From an uncultured Clostridia bacterium (GTDB taxonomy: Bacteria > Bacillota > Clostridia > TANB77 > CAG-508): a DNA stretch of 64,000 bases. Shown here piece after piece: positions 1 to 9,726 of the stretch. A model generated the notes under the pieces. It ran no database searches and was not told where the DNA came from. It worked only from the letters and a program-made list of their open reading frames with translations. The DNA lies in NCBI GenBank assembly GCA_947626735.1, contig CANQTK010000002.1, forward strand, positions 5,551 to 69,550, in the 5' to 3' direction. Position numbers and translations under genes: made by a program. How positions within the stretch are numbered: the first letter of the stretch is position 1; each line of letters starts with the position of its first letter.

Positions 1-747
1 AAGCAATTATGCATTTATCTAAATGATATTGCAGGAGGATTCCAAAATGCCATTAATAAAAGTTTAAAAAGTGAAAGAATGAAAACAGAATTGATCACTA
101 ATGTATCGCATGACATCAAAACTCCACTAACTTCTATTATTAACTATGTCGATTTATTAAAGAAAGAAAAAATGCCAAATAAAAAGGCAACAGAATATTT
201 AGAAATATTAGATCAAAAATCACAAAGATTAAAGCGTTTAACAGAAGACTTAGTAGAAGCCTCTAAGGCATCTTCTGGAAACATTAAATTAAATATGGAA
301 AAACTAGATGTAAAAGAGCTTATTCAACAAGTTTCTGGTGAATTCCAAGACCGCTTAAAAGAGAAAAAGCTAGAACTAATTTTAAATCTTCCAGAAGAGG
401 AAGCAATGATTACAGCTGACAGCCGTTATTTATATCGTGTAATGGAAAATATGTATTCCAACATTGTTAAATATGCACTTCCAAAATCTCGTGTTTATGT
501 GGATGTCACTTTACAAAAAGAAATCGTTGAAATCAACTTAAAAAATATATCAAAAGAAAAACTAAACATTACAGCAGAAGAATTAATGGAACGATTTGTA
601 AGAGGCGAATCTTCTAGAAACACAGAAGGAAGCGGTTTAGGTTTATCCATAGCTCAAAGCTTAACCGAGTTACAAAAAGGAACCTTCCAAATTTACTTAG
701 ATGGAGACTTATTCAAAGTAATCATACAATTCAAACGCGAACAGTAG
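1..747 (+). CDS. sensor histidine kinase, C-terminal part (5' end outside window)
   Basis: Frame is open from base 1. H-box SHDIKTPLTSI is followed by HATPase_c-type boxes (NIVKYA, GSGLGLSIA). Stop TAG at 745-747. Confidence 0.85.
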   Translation, partial: KQLCIYLNDIAGGFQNAINKSLKSERMKTELITNVSHDIKTPLTSIINYVDLLKKEKMPNKKATEYLEILDQKSQRLKRLTEDLVEASKASSGNIKLNMEKLDVKELIQQVSGEFQDRLKEKKLELILNLPEEEAMITADSRYLYRVMENMYSNIVKYALPKSRVYVDVTLQKEIVEINLKNISKEKLNITAEELMERFVRGESSRNTEGSGLGLSIAQSLTELQKGTFQIYLDGDLFKVIIQFKREQ

Positions 748-790
748 GGACGTTTTCTTTCGTTCCAAAATGGAACGGTGGGGACACCCC
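747..790 (+). repeat. GGGACGTTTTC motif plus CGTTCC/GGAACG hairpin and GGGGACA, directly after stop codon (member of GGGGACG repeat family)
   Basis: tagGGACGTTTTCtttCGTTCCaaaatGGAACGgtGGGGACAcccc. Shares GGGACGTTTYC with 17349-17460 and 21839-21850, and GTTCCAAA(A)TGG..GGGGMA with 3796-3826. Confidence 0.6.
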
Positions 791-839
791 TTCAATATAA
801 AAATCATACCTTATCCTAGTAAAACTCCTTTTAACCTAA

Positions 840-870
840 AAAAACGGTAGTAAAACACTACCGTTTTTTT
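840..870. terminator. bidirectional intrinsic terminator between convergent genes
   Basis: aaaaaaCGGTAGtaaaacaCTACCGttttttt: GC-containing stem flanked by an A-run and a T-run. Confidence 0.6.
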
Positions 871-890
871 GGCGAAGATAAAATAATTTC

Positions 891-1382
891 TTAACTAATC
901 ATAGCACCTATAGCACCAAAGACACCAGCAGAAGCTAGCCCCATAATAATACCGGCTAAAACAACGCCTGCCATAACGGCAACGACACTTTTTTTAAAAT
1001 CCATATCTAAAAAGCTAGCAGCTAGCGTTCCAGTCCAAGCACCTGTACCAGGAAGAGGAATACCAACAAATAAAAATAGGGCAAAATATAAGCCACTTCC
1101 TGCTGTTTCTTGTAATTTTTTACCACCTTTTTCTCCCTTTTCAATGCAAAAGCGAAAGAATTTCCCTATAAATCTCTTATTTGCGCCCCATAATAAAACT
1201 TTTCTAGCAAAGAAAAAGATAATAGGAACAGGAAGCATATTTCCAATAATACAAATAATATAAAGAGGAATCAAAGGAAGCGGATCTCCTAAAAGAGTAC
1301 TTAAACCAATTGGAACAGCTCCTCTTAATTCAATTAAAGGTATCATCGATACCAAAAAGACTAATAAATATTTTTTAAGCAT
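891..1382 (-). CDS. small multidrug export protein family (COG2426-like) membrane protein
   Basis: 163 aa with 4-5 TM segments. N-terminal IPLIELRGAVPIG motif is typical of this family. Confidence 0.55.
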   Translation of the reverse strand: MLKKYLLVFLVSMIPLIELRGAVPIGLSTLLGDPLPLIPLYIICIIGNMLPVPIIFFFARKVLLWGANKRFIGKFFRFCIEKGEKGGKKLQETAGSGLYFALFLFVGIPLPGTGAWTGTLAASFLDMDFKKSVVAVMAGVVLAGIIMGLASAGVFGAIGAMIS

Positions 1383-1816
1383 ATGTATAAACTCCTTTTA
1401 TTAAAAATCAAAATGTATTTTATTATAAGAAAGAACAAATGTCAATTGTCTCATTTTGTCACAATTTTACGATGAAAAAACCTTGTATTTGTCATCAAAA
1501 CATGGTTTAATTATATTACTTAAGTTACATAAAATTCTATTCACTATTTAACACATTTTATTCTAATCAGTTTTAGAAATTCATTTTAGAGTTAACTTTT
1601 TATTATAATTTCAAAATTTTTATTCAACCAATTTTAAAAATTCTTTTAAAATGATTTTTCTTTATCATCTTAAAAACTGTATTCTAAAACGAAATCCCGT
1701 CTGTTAAATAAAACTGAACACAAAGGAGGTAGTAAATTTCTTTTTTTATGCAATTTAAAATTGAGTTTAGAAAGGAGACTTTCGTATTATCAAATTTTAG
1801 ATACGAGAAATAATCT

Positions 1817-2671
1817 ATGGAAGAAAAGATAACTTTACTAAAACCAAAGATAGATGTAGTCTTTCATGCTTTGTTTCGACCAGGAAATGAAAAAATAACA
1901 AAAGCCATGATAGAAGCAGCAACAAAAGAAAAAATAGAAAGTATCAATTTAGAAAATAATCAATATCTGGTAGGAAAATATCCAGAGGAAAAATTAGGGA
2001 TTGTAGACTTAAAGGCAACCTTAAATAATGGAACGATTTGTGATATTGAAATACAACTAGCAGATAATAAAGATACAGCAGAAAGGTTTTTATATTATTG
2101 GAGTAGAATATATACAAGTCAATTAGTAAAAGGAGATAAATATACAAAATTAAATAAAGTGATAGGAATTATTATTATCGATTATCCACTAGAAAAAACA
2201 AAAGAAATAAAGCAGTTAAGTACAAAATGGAAAATAAGAGAAGTGACAACTGGGAAAGAAATAGAGTTGACAGATGTATTAGAGTTATATATAATTGAGT
2301 TACCAAAAGTAAGAGAAATAATAAAGAAAGAGCCAAAGAATAAACTAGCACAATGGGTGATGTTTCTAAACAATCCAAATGAAAGAGAGGTAACTCGAAT
2401 AATGGAAGAGAATGAAGAAATCAAAGAGGCAATGGGAGAGTTAGAAGAAATAAGCAAAGATGAGCAATTAAGAAGAATCGCAGAACTAAAAGAAAAGGCT
2501 ATTAGAGATGAACAAAACGGGTTATGGCATGCCAGAGAAGATGGTATCAAGGAAGGAATAGAACAAGTAGCAAAGAGAATGATAAAACTAAATATTCCTA
2601 TGGAAGATATTATCAATGCCACAGAATTAACCAAGCAACAAATATTAGAGATAAAGAAAAATAGTAAGTAG
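1817..2671 (+). CDS. Rpn family recombination-promoting nuclease / PD-(D/E)XK putative transposase (TIGR01784-like)
   Basis: 284 aa. N-terminus DVVFHALF..., core GIVDLKATL..G..CDIEIQ (D..E.Q nuclease-like motif), C-terminal glutamate-rich helical repeat region ending in a helix-turn-helix-like tail. This is the typical family layout. Confidence 0.7.
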   Translation: MEEKITLLKPKIDVVFHALFRPGNEKITKAMIEAATKEKIESINLENNQYLVGKYPEEKLGIVDLKATLNNGTICDIEIQLADNKDTAERFLYYWSRIYTSQLVKGDKYTKLNKVIGIIIIDYPLEKTKEIKQLSTKWKIREVTTGKEIELTDVLELYIIELPKVREIIKKEPKNKLAQWVMFLNNPNEREVTRIMEENEEIKEAMGELEEISKDEQLRRIAELKEKAIRDEQNGLWHAREDGIKEGIEQVAKRMIKLNIPMEDIINATELTKQQILEIKKNSK

Positions 2672-2674
2672 AGT

Positions 2675-2765
2675 CCTGTTTTTGGGGACGGAGGAAAAAA
2701 ACAGTTTTATAAAATCAAAAATAAAACATTATTACCTGTTTTTTTCCTCCGTCCCCAAAAACAGG
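2675..2765. repeat. REPIN-like doublet: two inverted copies of a 30-nt hairpin CCTGTTTTT-GGGGACGGAGGAA-AAAAACAGG
   Basis: Copy 2675-2704 and its reverse complement 2735-2765. A third identical copy lies at 42358-42387. Confidence 0.8.
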
Positions 2766-2844
2766 TAATAAAAAATAATTGACAAAATTCCTTAAAAAAG
2801 TGTATGATTAAAGTATAGAAAACAGAAATATAGGAGGTAAACTA

Positions 2845-3792
2845 ATGAAAAAAAGAAAAGTAAGAATTTTTCTTGTTTTACTCATATTCATGTTTACTTT
2901 GCATACCTTATCTTTTGCTGATGTAGGAAGTTTTGACCGTTATGATAGCGGAGATTCTTCCTGGAGCTCAAGCTCTTCTAGTTGGGACTCCGATTGGGAT
3001 TCAGACTGGAGTTCTAATAGCTCTAGTTCAGATGGTGATTTATTCTTTTTAATAGGATGGCTATTGGGCAACAATGTAGGGAGAGGCTTTTTAGTTATCG
3101 TTGTGATTTATATTATCATAAGAGTAATAAAAAATAAAAATGTAGGACCAAGAGGTCCAAGAAACATTCCTTATTATTCGAATCAAGTAACAAGAAATAC
3201 ACCAACGGTAGATATTAGTCAATCACATATCTATGCCGATCAAATTAAACAAATAGATCCGAACTTCTCAGAAGAGAAAATGTTAGCGTGGACAAAAGAT
3301 TTGTTTGTCAAATTACAAAATGCATGGACAGCAAGAGACTGGGAACCAATGAGACCATTTGAAACAGAAAGCCTATTTGAACAACACAAAAGCCAAGTAC
3401 AAGGCTATATAGACACCAATCGTATTAATGTAATGGACCGTATTGCAGTAAATTATGCAACAATTTATAAATTCAGGCAAGAAGGAGATAGAGACATCCT
3501 AGAAATTGCATTAAAATCAACGATGAAAGATTATATTATTGATGCGACCACAAAAGAATTGCTAGAAGGAAGCAAAACACAAGATAGGACAACGGTTTAT
3601 AAAATGACATTTGAAAGAAAAACAGGAGTATTAACACAAGAAGGAACAGAAGAAGTAAAAACTACGAATTGTCCTAATTGTGGAGCACCTACACAAATTA
3701 CGTCAGCAGGAAAATGCCAGTATTGTGGAAGTGTTATTACAACAGGTGCTAACACATGGGTATTATCTGGCTTAGAGCCACTAAGAAATTAA
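2845..3792 (+). CDS. Tim44-like domain membrane protein with C-terminal zinc ribbon
   Basis: Signal/TM segment, Ser/Asp/Trp low-complexity stretch, second TM. Then a Tim44-like region (FSEEKMLAWTKDLFVKLQNAWTARDWEPMRPFETESLFEQH) and CPNCGAP..CQYCGS. Confidence 0.6.
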   Translation: MKKRKVRIFLVLLIFMFTLHTLSFADVGSFDRYDSGDSSWSSSSSSWDSDWDSDWSSNSSSSDGDLFFLIGWLLGNNVGRGFLVIVVIYIIIRVIKNKNVGPRGPRNIPYYSNQVTRNTPTVDISQSHIYADQIKQIDPNFSEEKMLAWTKDLFVKLQNAWTARDWEPMRPFETESLFEQHKSQVQGYIDTNRINVMDRIAVNYATIYKFRQEGDRDILEIALKSTMKDYIIDATTKELLEGSKTQDRTTVYKMTFERKTGVLTQEGTEEVKTTNCPNCGAPTQITSAGKCQYCGSVITTGANTWVLSGLEPLRN

Positions 3793-3795
3793 AAA

Positions 3796-3826
3796 GGAAC
3801 AATTTCGGACTGTTCCAAATGGGGCA
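3796..3826 (+). repeat. post-stop hairpin GGAACAatttcggacTGTTCC followed by AAATGGGGCA (relative of element at 747-790)
   Basis: Shares GTTCCAAATGG..GGGGCA with 761-786 and sits 4 nt after the stop codon. Confidence 0.5.
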
Positions 3827-3862
3827 ATACCAGCTCTTTCAAAAGAATAGGAGGAAAAAATT

Positions 3863-5125
3863 ATGGGATTATTAAAAGCAGCTAAAGATGCAATAGGAAG
3901 CACATTACATGATCAATGGAAGGAAGCCATTCGTTGCGATGATATGACAAATGATGTTTTAATGGTAAAGAAAACAACAGAAACAGGAGTTATCACTAAT
4001 AAAAGTACAATTATTGTAGCACCAGGACAATGTGCCGTTATTTATGATAATGGTAGAGTAATTGATGCAACAGCAGAAGATGGATTTTATACTTTTGATG
4101 AATCTTCATCACCATCTTTCTTTGGAGGACAATTTGGAGCCGTATTTAAAGAAATGTGGCAAAGATTTACGTTCGATGGAGCAACAGCAAAAGAACAAGC
4201 GGTATTCTTTTTTAACATTAAAGAAATTATAGATAATAAATTTGGAACACCTGCTCCAATTCCATTTCAAGATTGGTCACATCCAATTCCAAATCAAATG
4301 ACAAACACACTTACTCCTTTAAGAGTAGAAATTAAATGCTTTGGAACTTATACATTTAGCATAATGAACCCAGCATTATTTATGACAAAATTAGCAGGCA
4401 CAGCTAACATTTATAAAAAAGCACAATTAGTAGAACAACTAAGAAGTGAAGTATTAGCAGTATTTCAAAATGTAACAAATGAGCTAGGAACAAGTAACTA
4501 CAAAGTACCTGTACTAGAAATGCCAAGTCAAACAGATGAAATTAGACAAATGATGGATGAAAAGGTATTTGACGAAAAAATTCGTGAAAGAGGAATAAAA
4601 ATTGATAGTTTTGCCGTAGAATCTGTTACCTTAGATGATGAATCAGAAAAGAAAATAGATGATTACGAATTAAGTTCAAATGCCTATATGCAACAAGGTA
4701 AAATGGTAGAAGCATACTCGGAAGCAGTAAAAAGTGCAGCAGAAAATAGTAATGGTGCTATGAATGGTTTCATGGGAATTGGTATGATGAACATGTCAAC
4801 AGGAAATGTAATGGGGCAAGCAGTACAAGGAGTATGGCAAAACACAGAAAAAAGTAGTATGGATTTAAGTAAGCAAGAAGAAGCAAAGACAGAGCAACAA
4901 GCAAAAACACAAGAACAAGCAAGCGCAACACAATCAGAAAATACACAAGCAAATGAAGAACAAAAGACAGAAACAGTTAAATGGAAATGCGATTGTGGAG
5001 TGGAAAACGAAGGAAACTTCTGTGCAAATTGCGGAAACCCAAGACCAAAATTCTGTAAAAAATGTAATGCAAAATTAGAAAAAGATGCTAAGTTTTGCAG
5101 TAACTGTGGAGAAAAAGTAGAATAG
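3863..5125 (+). CDS. SPFH/band-7 family protein (YdjI-like, COG4260-type) with C-terminal double zinc ribbon
   Basis: 420 aa. N-terminus MGLLKAAKDAIGSTLHDQWKE.. is typical of the YdjI-like 'virion core protein-like' SPFH group. Gln/Glu-rich linker, then CDCG..CANCG and CKKC..CSNCG. Confidence 0.65.
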   Translation: MGLLKAAKDAIGSTLHDQWKEAIRCDDMTNDVLMVKKTTETGVITNKSTIIVAPGQCAVIYDNGRVIDATAEDGFYTFDESSSPSFFGGQFGAVFKEMWQRFTFDGATAKEQAVFFFNIKEIIDNKFGTPAPIPFQDWSHPIPNQMTNTLTPLRVEIKCFGTYTFSIMNPALFMTKLAGTANIYKKAQLVEQLRSEVLAVFQNVTNELGTSNYKVPVLEMPSQTDEIRQMMDEKVFDEKIRERGIKIDSFAVESVTLDDESEKKIDDYELSSNAYMQQGKMVEAYSEAVKSAAENSNGAMNGFMGIGMMNMSTGNVMGQAVQGVWQNTEKSSMDLSKQEEAKTEQQAKTQEQASATQSENTQANEEQKTETVKWKCDCGVENEGNFCANCGNPRPKFCKKCNAKLEKDAKFCSNCGEKVE

Positions 5126-5131
5126 AAAAAC

Positions 5132-5166
5132 AAAAAAGATTTGGAGTTTATCCAAATTTTTTTTTG
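5132..5166 (+). terminator. intrinsic terminator (AGATTTGGA/TCCAAATnT stem family)
   Basis: aaaaAGATTTGGAgtttATCCAAATttttttttt. Near-identical stem to the terminator at 13281-13316. Confidence 0.7.
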
Positions 5167-5223
5167 TTTAATGCTTTTCTAAAAAATAATGTTGATTATA
5201 AGAAAAATTCTTTACAAAAACTA

Positions 5224-5253
5224 TTGACAAGCCCTACGGAAATAGGTTATACT
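5224..5253 (+). promoter_or_regulatory. sigma-A-like promoter upstream of rpoB leader
   Basis: TTGACA (5224-5229), 18 nt spacer, TATACT (5248-5253). Confidence 0.45.
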
Positions 5254-5390
5254 AAAATAGTATAAGGCGATTTATCGCTTTTCCTATAAAAGAACACAAA
5301 CATATTAGCTTAAAAACCAGAAAAATAGTGGGGTTGGTTAATATAAAAAGAAAAAAATTCATTTCAAAAAAATAAAAATACAAAAGGTAA

Positions 5391-5432
5391 GGTAGTTGGC
5401 ATAAAAAGAAAAAATTGCCAACTAGCCTTTTT
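5391..5432 (+). terminator. intrinsic terminator/attenuator inside the rpoB upstream region
   Basis: GGTAGTTGGCA - 14 nt loop - TGCCAACTAGCC followed by TTTTT. Confidence 0.55.
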
Positions 5433-5673
5433 GCGTCACAAAAATTTTAAAGAAAGAAGAGGAATTGTATTTCTTTTTCTTAGGGAAATGGAACTTTAAG
5501 TAAGCAGGAAAGGAAAGTTTTCTTAAAGCAAAAAGAAAAAACAAGAAGGACTTCTTTTGAAACATAAATTTTATTCACAAAAATAGCACAAAATAGGAAG
5601 AAAAAATGATTTTCCTACAAAATGCTAAAAAATTTAAGTCTGCTTTAAATTCAATTTAGGGGGGTAATTTGTT

Positions 5674-8600
5674 TTGGTAAAAGATATCAAACACGAAAAG
5701 TGCACACGTAAAACGTTTGCAAAAATTGGCGATTTTATTGAAATGCCAAACTTAATTAAAGTCCAAAAAGACTCTTACGATTGGTTTGTAGAAGAGGGCT
5801 TAGGTGAAGTATTACAAGATATTTCTCCAATCGTAGACTATTCTGGAAATTTAGTTCTTGAATTTTTCGACTATTACATGGAAGACAAAACCAAATACAG
5901 CGTAGAAGAAGCCAAAGAAAGAGATGCCACATACTCTACAAGACTACATGTAAAGGTACGTTTAATTAACCGTGAAACTGGCGAAATTAAAGAGCAAGAA
6001 ATTTATTTAGGAGACTTCCCATTAATGACGGAAAGTGGAACTTTCATTATTAATGGTGCAGAAAGAGTTGTTGTTAGCCAATTAGTACGTTCTCCAGGTT
6101 GCTACTATGCTTCTGAATTTGACAAAACAGGAAAGAAAATTTTTACCTCTACTGTTATGCCAATTCGTGGTGCATGGATTGAATACGAAACCGATGGAAA
6201 CGACGTATTTTGGGCAAGGGTAGATAGAACTAGAAAAATACCAGTTACTTGTCTTTTAAGAGCAATTGGCTTAGTTACTGACGAGCAAATGATTGACTTA
6301 TTTGGAGAAGAACCAAAATTAATGGCAACCATTCAAAAAGATACCATTAAAACACAAGACGAAGCATTAATTGAAATCTACAAAAAATTAAGACCAGGAG
6401 AATTACCAACCGTTGATGCAGCAAGAAACTTATTCAATGGTTTATTCTTTGATGACAGGAGATACGATTTAGCTAAAGTTGGTCGTTACAAATTTAATAA
6501 AAAATTAAGTTTATCTTCTAGAATTGCTGGAAAAGTAGCATTTGAAAATATCGTAGATCCAGCAACAGGTGAAGTTTTGGTAGAAAAAGATACGGTTATT
6601 TCCAAAGAAGTAGCAGAAAATATCCAAAATACAGGAATTAACATTGTTGATATTAAAGTTAATGACAGTAAAGTAAGAATTATTGGAAATGGTACAGTCA
6701 ACATTCATAAATTTGTTACAGATGTGGATATTTCAGACTTACACTTCAAAGAAGAAGTAAATTATGAAGTATTAAAATCAATTTTAGATACCACAGACAA
6801 AAAAGACCTACATAAAGTATTGAAAGAAAGAAAAGAAGAATTAATTCCAAAACACGTAACAAACGAAGACATTATTGGTTCTATTAGTTATTTATTTAAC
6901 CTAGACCATGGTATTGGAAATGTAGATGATATTGACCATTTAGGAAATAGACGTATTCGTTGTGTTGGAGAATTATTACAAAATCAATTTAGAATTGGTT
7001 TAACTAGACTAGAAAGAGTCGTTCGTGAAAGAATGACCATTCAAGATTTAGACATTGTAACACCACAAACCTTAATTAACACAAAACCAATTACCTCTTC
7101 CATTCGTGAATTCTTTGGAAGCTCTCAATTGTCACAATTTATGGACCAAACCAACCCATTATCAGAGCTTACCCATAAAAGAAGAATTTCCGCTTTAGGA
7201 CCTGGTGGTTTATCTAGAGAAAGAGCAGGTTTCGAGGTTCGTGATATTCACTATACTCACTATGGAAGACTTTGCCCAGTAGAGTCTCCAGAAGGACCAA
7301 ACATTGGACTTATTTCTGCTTTATCTTCTTTTGCAATTATCAACGAATATGGATTTATTGAAACACCATATCGTAAAGTAGACAAACAAACAGGAAAAGT
7401 AACCGATATTGTAGAATATATGCCAGCAGACGAAGAAGATAATTACATTATTGCACAAGCATCTGAACCATTAGATAAAGACGGAAAATTTATCAATAAA
7501 AGAATTCGTGTACGTCATAAATCAGAAATTACAGAGGTAGATAATAGCCAAGTAGATTATATTGACGTTTCACCAAAACAACTAGTTTCTGTAGCAGCTG
7601 CTATGATTCCTTTCTTAGAGCACGATGACGTAAAACGTTCTCTAATGGGATCTAACATGCAACGTCAAGCGGTTCCACTACTTATGCCAGAATCACCTAT
7701 TGTAGGAACAGGTATTGAATATAGAGCTGCCAAAGACTCTGGAATTACTGTTACTGCCATCAATGATGGTATTGTAGAAAAAGTAACAGCAGACGAAGTA
7801 CAAGTAAGAAATAAGAAAAATGAAATCGATACTTATAAATTACGCAAATTCAAAAGAACCAATGGTGGTACATGCATTAACCAAAGACCAGTGGTAACCA
7901 GAGGAGAAAAAGTAAGCAAAGGTGACATTTTAGCCGATGGTCCAGCAACCAAAGATGGTGAAATGGCACTAGGAAGAAATGTACTAATTGCCTTTACTAC
8001 TTGGGAAGGTTACAACTACGAAGATGCGGTATTAATTAGTGAAAGACTTGTAAAAGAGGATGTTTATACCTCTATCCATATTGAAGAATACGATTGTGAA
8101 TGTCGAGATACCAAATTAGGTCCAGAAGAAATTACAAGAGACATTCCAAACGTAGGAGATGACAGCTTAAAAGACCTAGATGAAAACGGAATTATTCGTA
8201 TTGGTGCCGAAGTAAGACCAGGAGATATTTTAGTTGGTAAAGTAACACCAAAAGGAGAAACCGAACTTACTGCAGAAGAAAGATTACTTCGTGCTATCTT
8301 TGGCGAAAAAGCAAGAGAAGTAAGAGATACTTCTTTAAGAGTACCACATGGAGAAGCAGGAACCATTGTCGATGTTAAAATCTTTACAAGAGATAATTCC
8401 GATGAATTAGGACCAGGTGTGAACCAAGTCATTCGTTGCTATATCGCCACAAAAAGAAAAATCTCTGTTGGTGATAAAATGGCCGGACGTCATGGTAACA
8501 AAGGTGTTATTTCCAGAATTTTACCAGTAGAAGATATGCCATTCTTAGAAGATGGAACTCCAGTAGATATTGTGCTTAACCCACAAGGTATTCCTTCTCG

Positions 8601-9402
8601 TATGAACTTAGGTCAAGTACTAGAAGTACACTTAGGTATGGCAGCAAAAGCATTAGGTTGGAAAGTAGCAACACCAGTATTTGATGGTGCAACCGACGAC
8701 GAAATTAAAGAATTATTAAAGAAAGCCGGACTTCGTGAAGATGGAAAAACCATTTTACACGATGGACGTACCGGAGAAGAATTTGATAACCCAGTTACGG
8801 TTGGTGTTATGTACATGTTAAAACTACATCACTTAGTAGACGATAAAATCCATGCTCGTTCAACGGGGCCATATTCTTTAGTTACGCAACAACCTCTAGG
8901 AGGTAAAGCACAATTTGGTGGACAACGTTTTGGAGAAATGGAAGTTTGGGCATTAGAGGCATATGGTGCAGCTTACACCTTACAAGAAATGCTTACGGTA
9001 AAATCAGACGATGTCGTAGGACGTGTAAAAACTTATGAATCCATTGTAAAAGGAGAAAATGTTCCAGAACCAGGTGTTCCAGAATCCTTCAAAGTATTAA
9101 TTAAAGAACTTCAATCTTTAGGATTAGACATTCGTTTATATTCAGAAGACAACCAAGAACTAGAACTAAAAGAACATATTGACGAAGGAATTGACTATGA
9201 AGAAGCAAAATTAGGAGAAAATATGTTAGATGAAAGTGAACTAGAAGATAGCTATATTGCAGCAGATGAAGATACTGAAGAAATGCTTCTTGACACAGAT
9301 GAGGAAGAGGAATTATTTGCAGGGCTAGATGATGAAGGAGAAGATTCGATTTTTGATACAGACTTAGCAGAAGACAATTTAGACAATGATGGATTAGAAT
9401 AA
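5674..9402 (+). CDS. rpoB: DNA-directed RNA polymerase subunit beta
   Basis: 1242 aa, unmistakable RpoB blocks ([48 protein letters not shown]). TTG start. About 70 aa acidic C-terminal tail. Confidence 0.97.
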   Translation: MVKDIKHEKCTRKTFAKIGDFIEMPNLIKVQKDSYDWFVEEGLGEVLQDISPIVDYSGNLVLEFFDYYMEDKTKYSVEEAKERDATYSTRLHVKVRLINRETGEIKEQEIYLGDFPLMTESGTFIINGAERVVVSQLVRSPGCYYASEFDKTGKKIFTSTVMPIRGAWIEYETDGNDVFWARVDRTRKIPVTCLLRAIGLVTDEQMIDLFGEEPKLMATIQKDTIKTQDEALIEIYKKLRPGELPTVDAARNLFNGLFFDDRRYDLAKVGRYKFNKKLSLSSRIAGKVAFENIVDPATGEVLVEKDTVISKEVAENIQNTGINIVDIKVNDSKVRIIGNGTVNIHKFVTDVDISDLHFKEEVNYEVLKSILDTTDKKDLHKVLKERKEELIPKHVTNEDIIGSISYLFNLDHGIGNVDDIDHLGNRRIRCVGELLQNQFRIGLTRLERVVRERMTIQDLDIVTPQTLINTKPITSSIREFFGSSQLSQFMDQTNPLSELTHKRRISALGPGGLSRERAGFEVRDIHYTHYGRLCPVESPEGPNIGLISALSSFAIINEYGFIETPYRKVDKQTGKVTDIVEYMPADEEDNYIIAQASEPLDKDGKFINKRIRVRHKSEITEVDNSQVDYIDVSPKQLVSVAAAMIPFLEHDDVKRSLMGSNMQRQAVPLLMPESPIVGTGIEYRAAKDSGITVTAINDGIVEKVTADEVQVRNKKNEIDTYKLRKFKRTNGGTCINQRPVVTRGEKVSKGDILADGPATKDGEMALGRNVLIAFTTWEGYNYEDAVLISERLVKEDVYTSIHIEEYDCECRDTKLGPEEITRDIPNVGDDSLKDLDENGIIRIGAEVRPGDILVGKVTPKGETELTAEERLLRAIFGEKAREVRDTSLRVPHGEAGTIVDVKIFTRDNSDELGPGVNQVIRCYIATKRKISVGDKMAGRHGNKGVISRILPVEDMPFLEDGTPVDIVLNPQGIPSRMNLGQVLEVHLGMAAKALGWKVATPVFDGATDDEIKELLKKAGLREDGKTILHDGRTGEEFDNPVTVGVMYMLKLHHLVDDKIHARSTGPYSLVTQQPLGGKAQFGGQRFGEMEVWALEAYGAAYTLQEMLTVKSDDVVGRVKTYESIVKGENVPEPGVPESFKVLIKELQSLGLDIRLYSEDNQELELKEHIDEGIDYEEAKLGENMLDESELEDSYIAADEDTEEMLLDTDEEEELFAGLDDEGEDSIFDTDLAEDNLDNDGLE

Positions 9403-9418
9403 AATTACGATTTATACT

Positions 9419-9594
9419 ATTTTGTTATATATTTATTTTTTTAACAACCGCATTGAGAGTAAACTTTTGTAGAAATTGGCGAAACATTTTTGGGAGAATC
9501 TCATTTTTAATGAGAGGGGCCCAAAAATGTAAGTTACAATTTCTTAAAAGTTAACTCGAACGAGGATTGTTAAAAAATAAATGATATAACAAAA
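9419..9594. repeat. about 176 bp imperfect palindrome (two arms of about 86 nt) in the rpoB-rpoC spacer
   Basis: Left arm attttgttatatatttatttttttaacaa...acatttttggg...tctcat pairs with right arm atgaga...cccaaaaatgt...ttgttaaaaaataaatgatataacaaaat. Confidence 0.8.
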
Positions 9595-9726
9595 TAAAAA
9601 AGAGATAATTAAATAAATTCCAAAGACTTCAAGAGGCGACGTTAAAAGTTTGCAGGAGCGGGGGTTAGCTTCTTTGAAAGACTTTGCAATTACCCAAAAA
9701 TAAAGAGAAAGGGGCTTCTAATTTAA

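Noticed and set aside
1748-1810. 20-codon ORF (MQFKIEFRKETFVLSNFRYEK) upstream of the Rpn gene
   Set aside because: The only SD-like sequence (AAAGGAGG, 1724-1731) is about 16 nt from the ATG, which is too far. There is no other support.
2182-2634. 150-aa and several 60-120-aa antisense or alternative-frame ORFs (e.g. 1944-2147, 4684-5133, 6105-6332, 8064-8432, 11754-11993, 16553-16855, 22786-23145, 28246-28626, 40545-40853, 41603-41944, 43597-44031, 46550-46849, 49493-49810, 50078-50482, 59228-59572)
   Set aside because: All are embedded in strongly supported genes. They have shadow-frame composition, and no start context or homology could be recognised.
5607-5660. 17-codon ORF in the rpoB leader (MIFLQNAKKFKSALNSI)
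   Set aside because: The RBS is weak (GGAAG) and there is no conservation evidence. It could be a leader peptide, but that cannot be supported from sequence alone.
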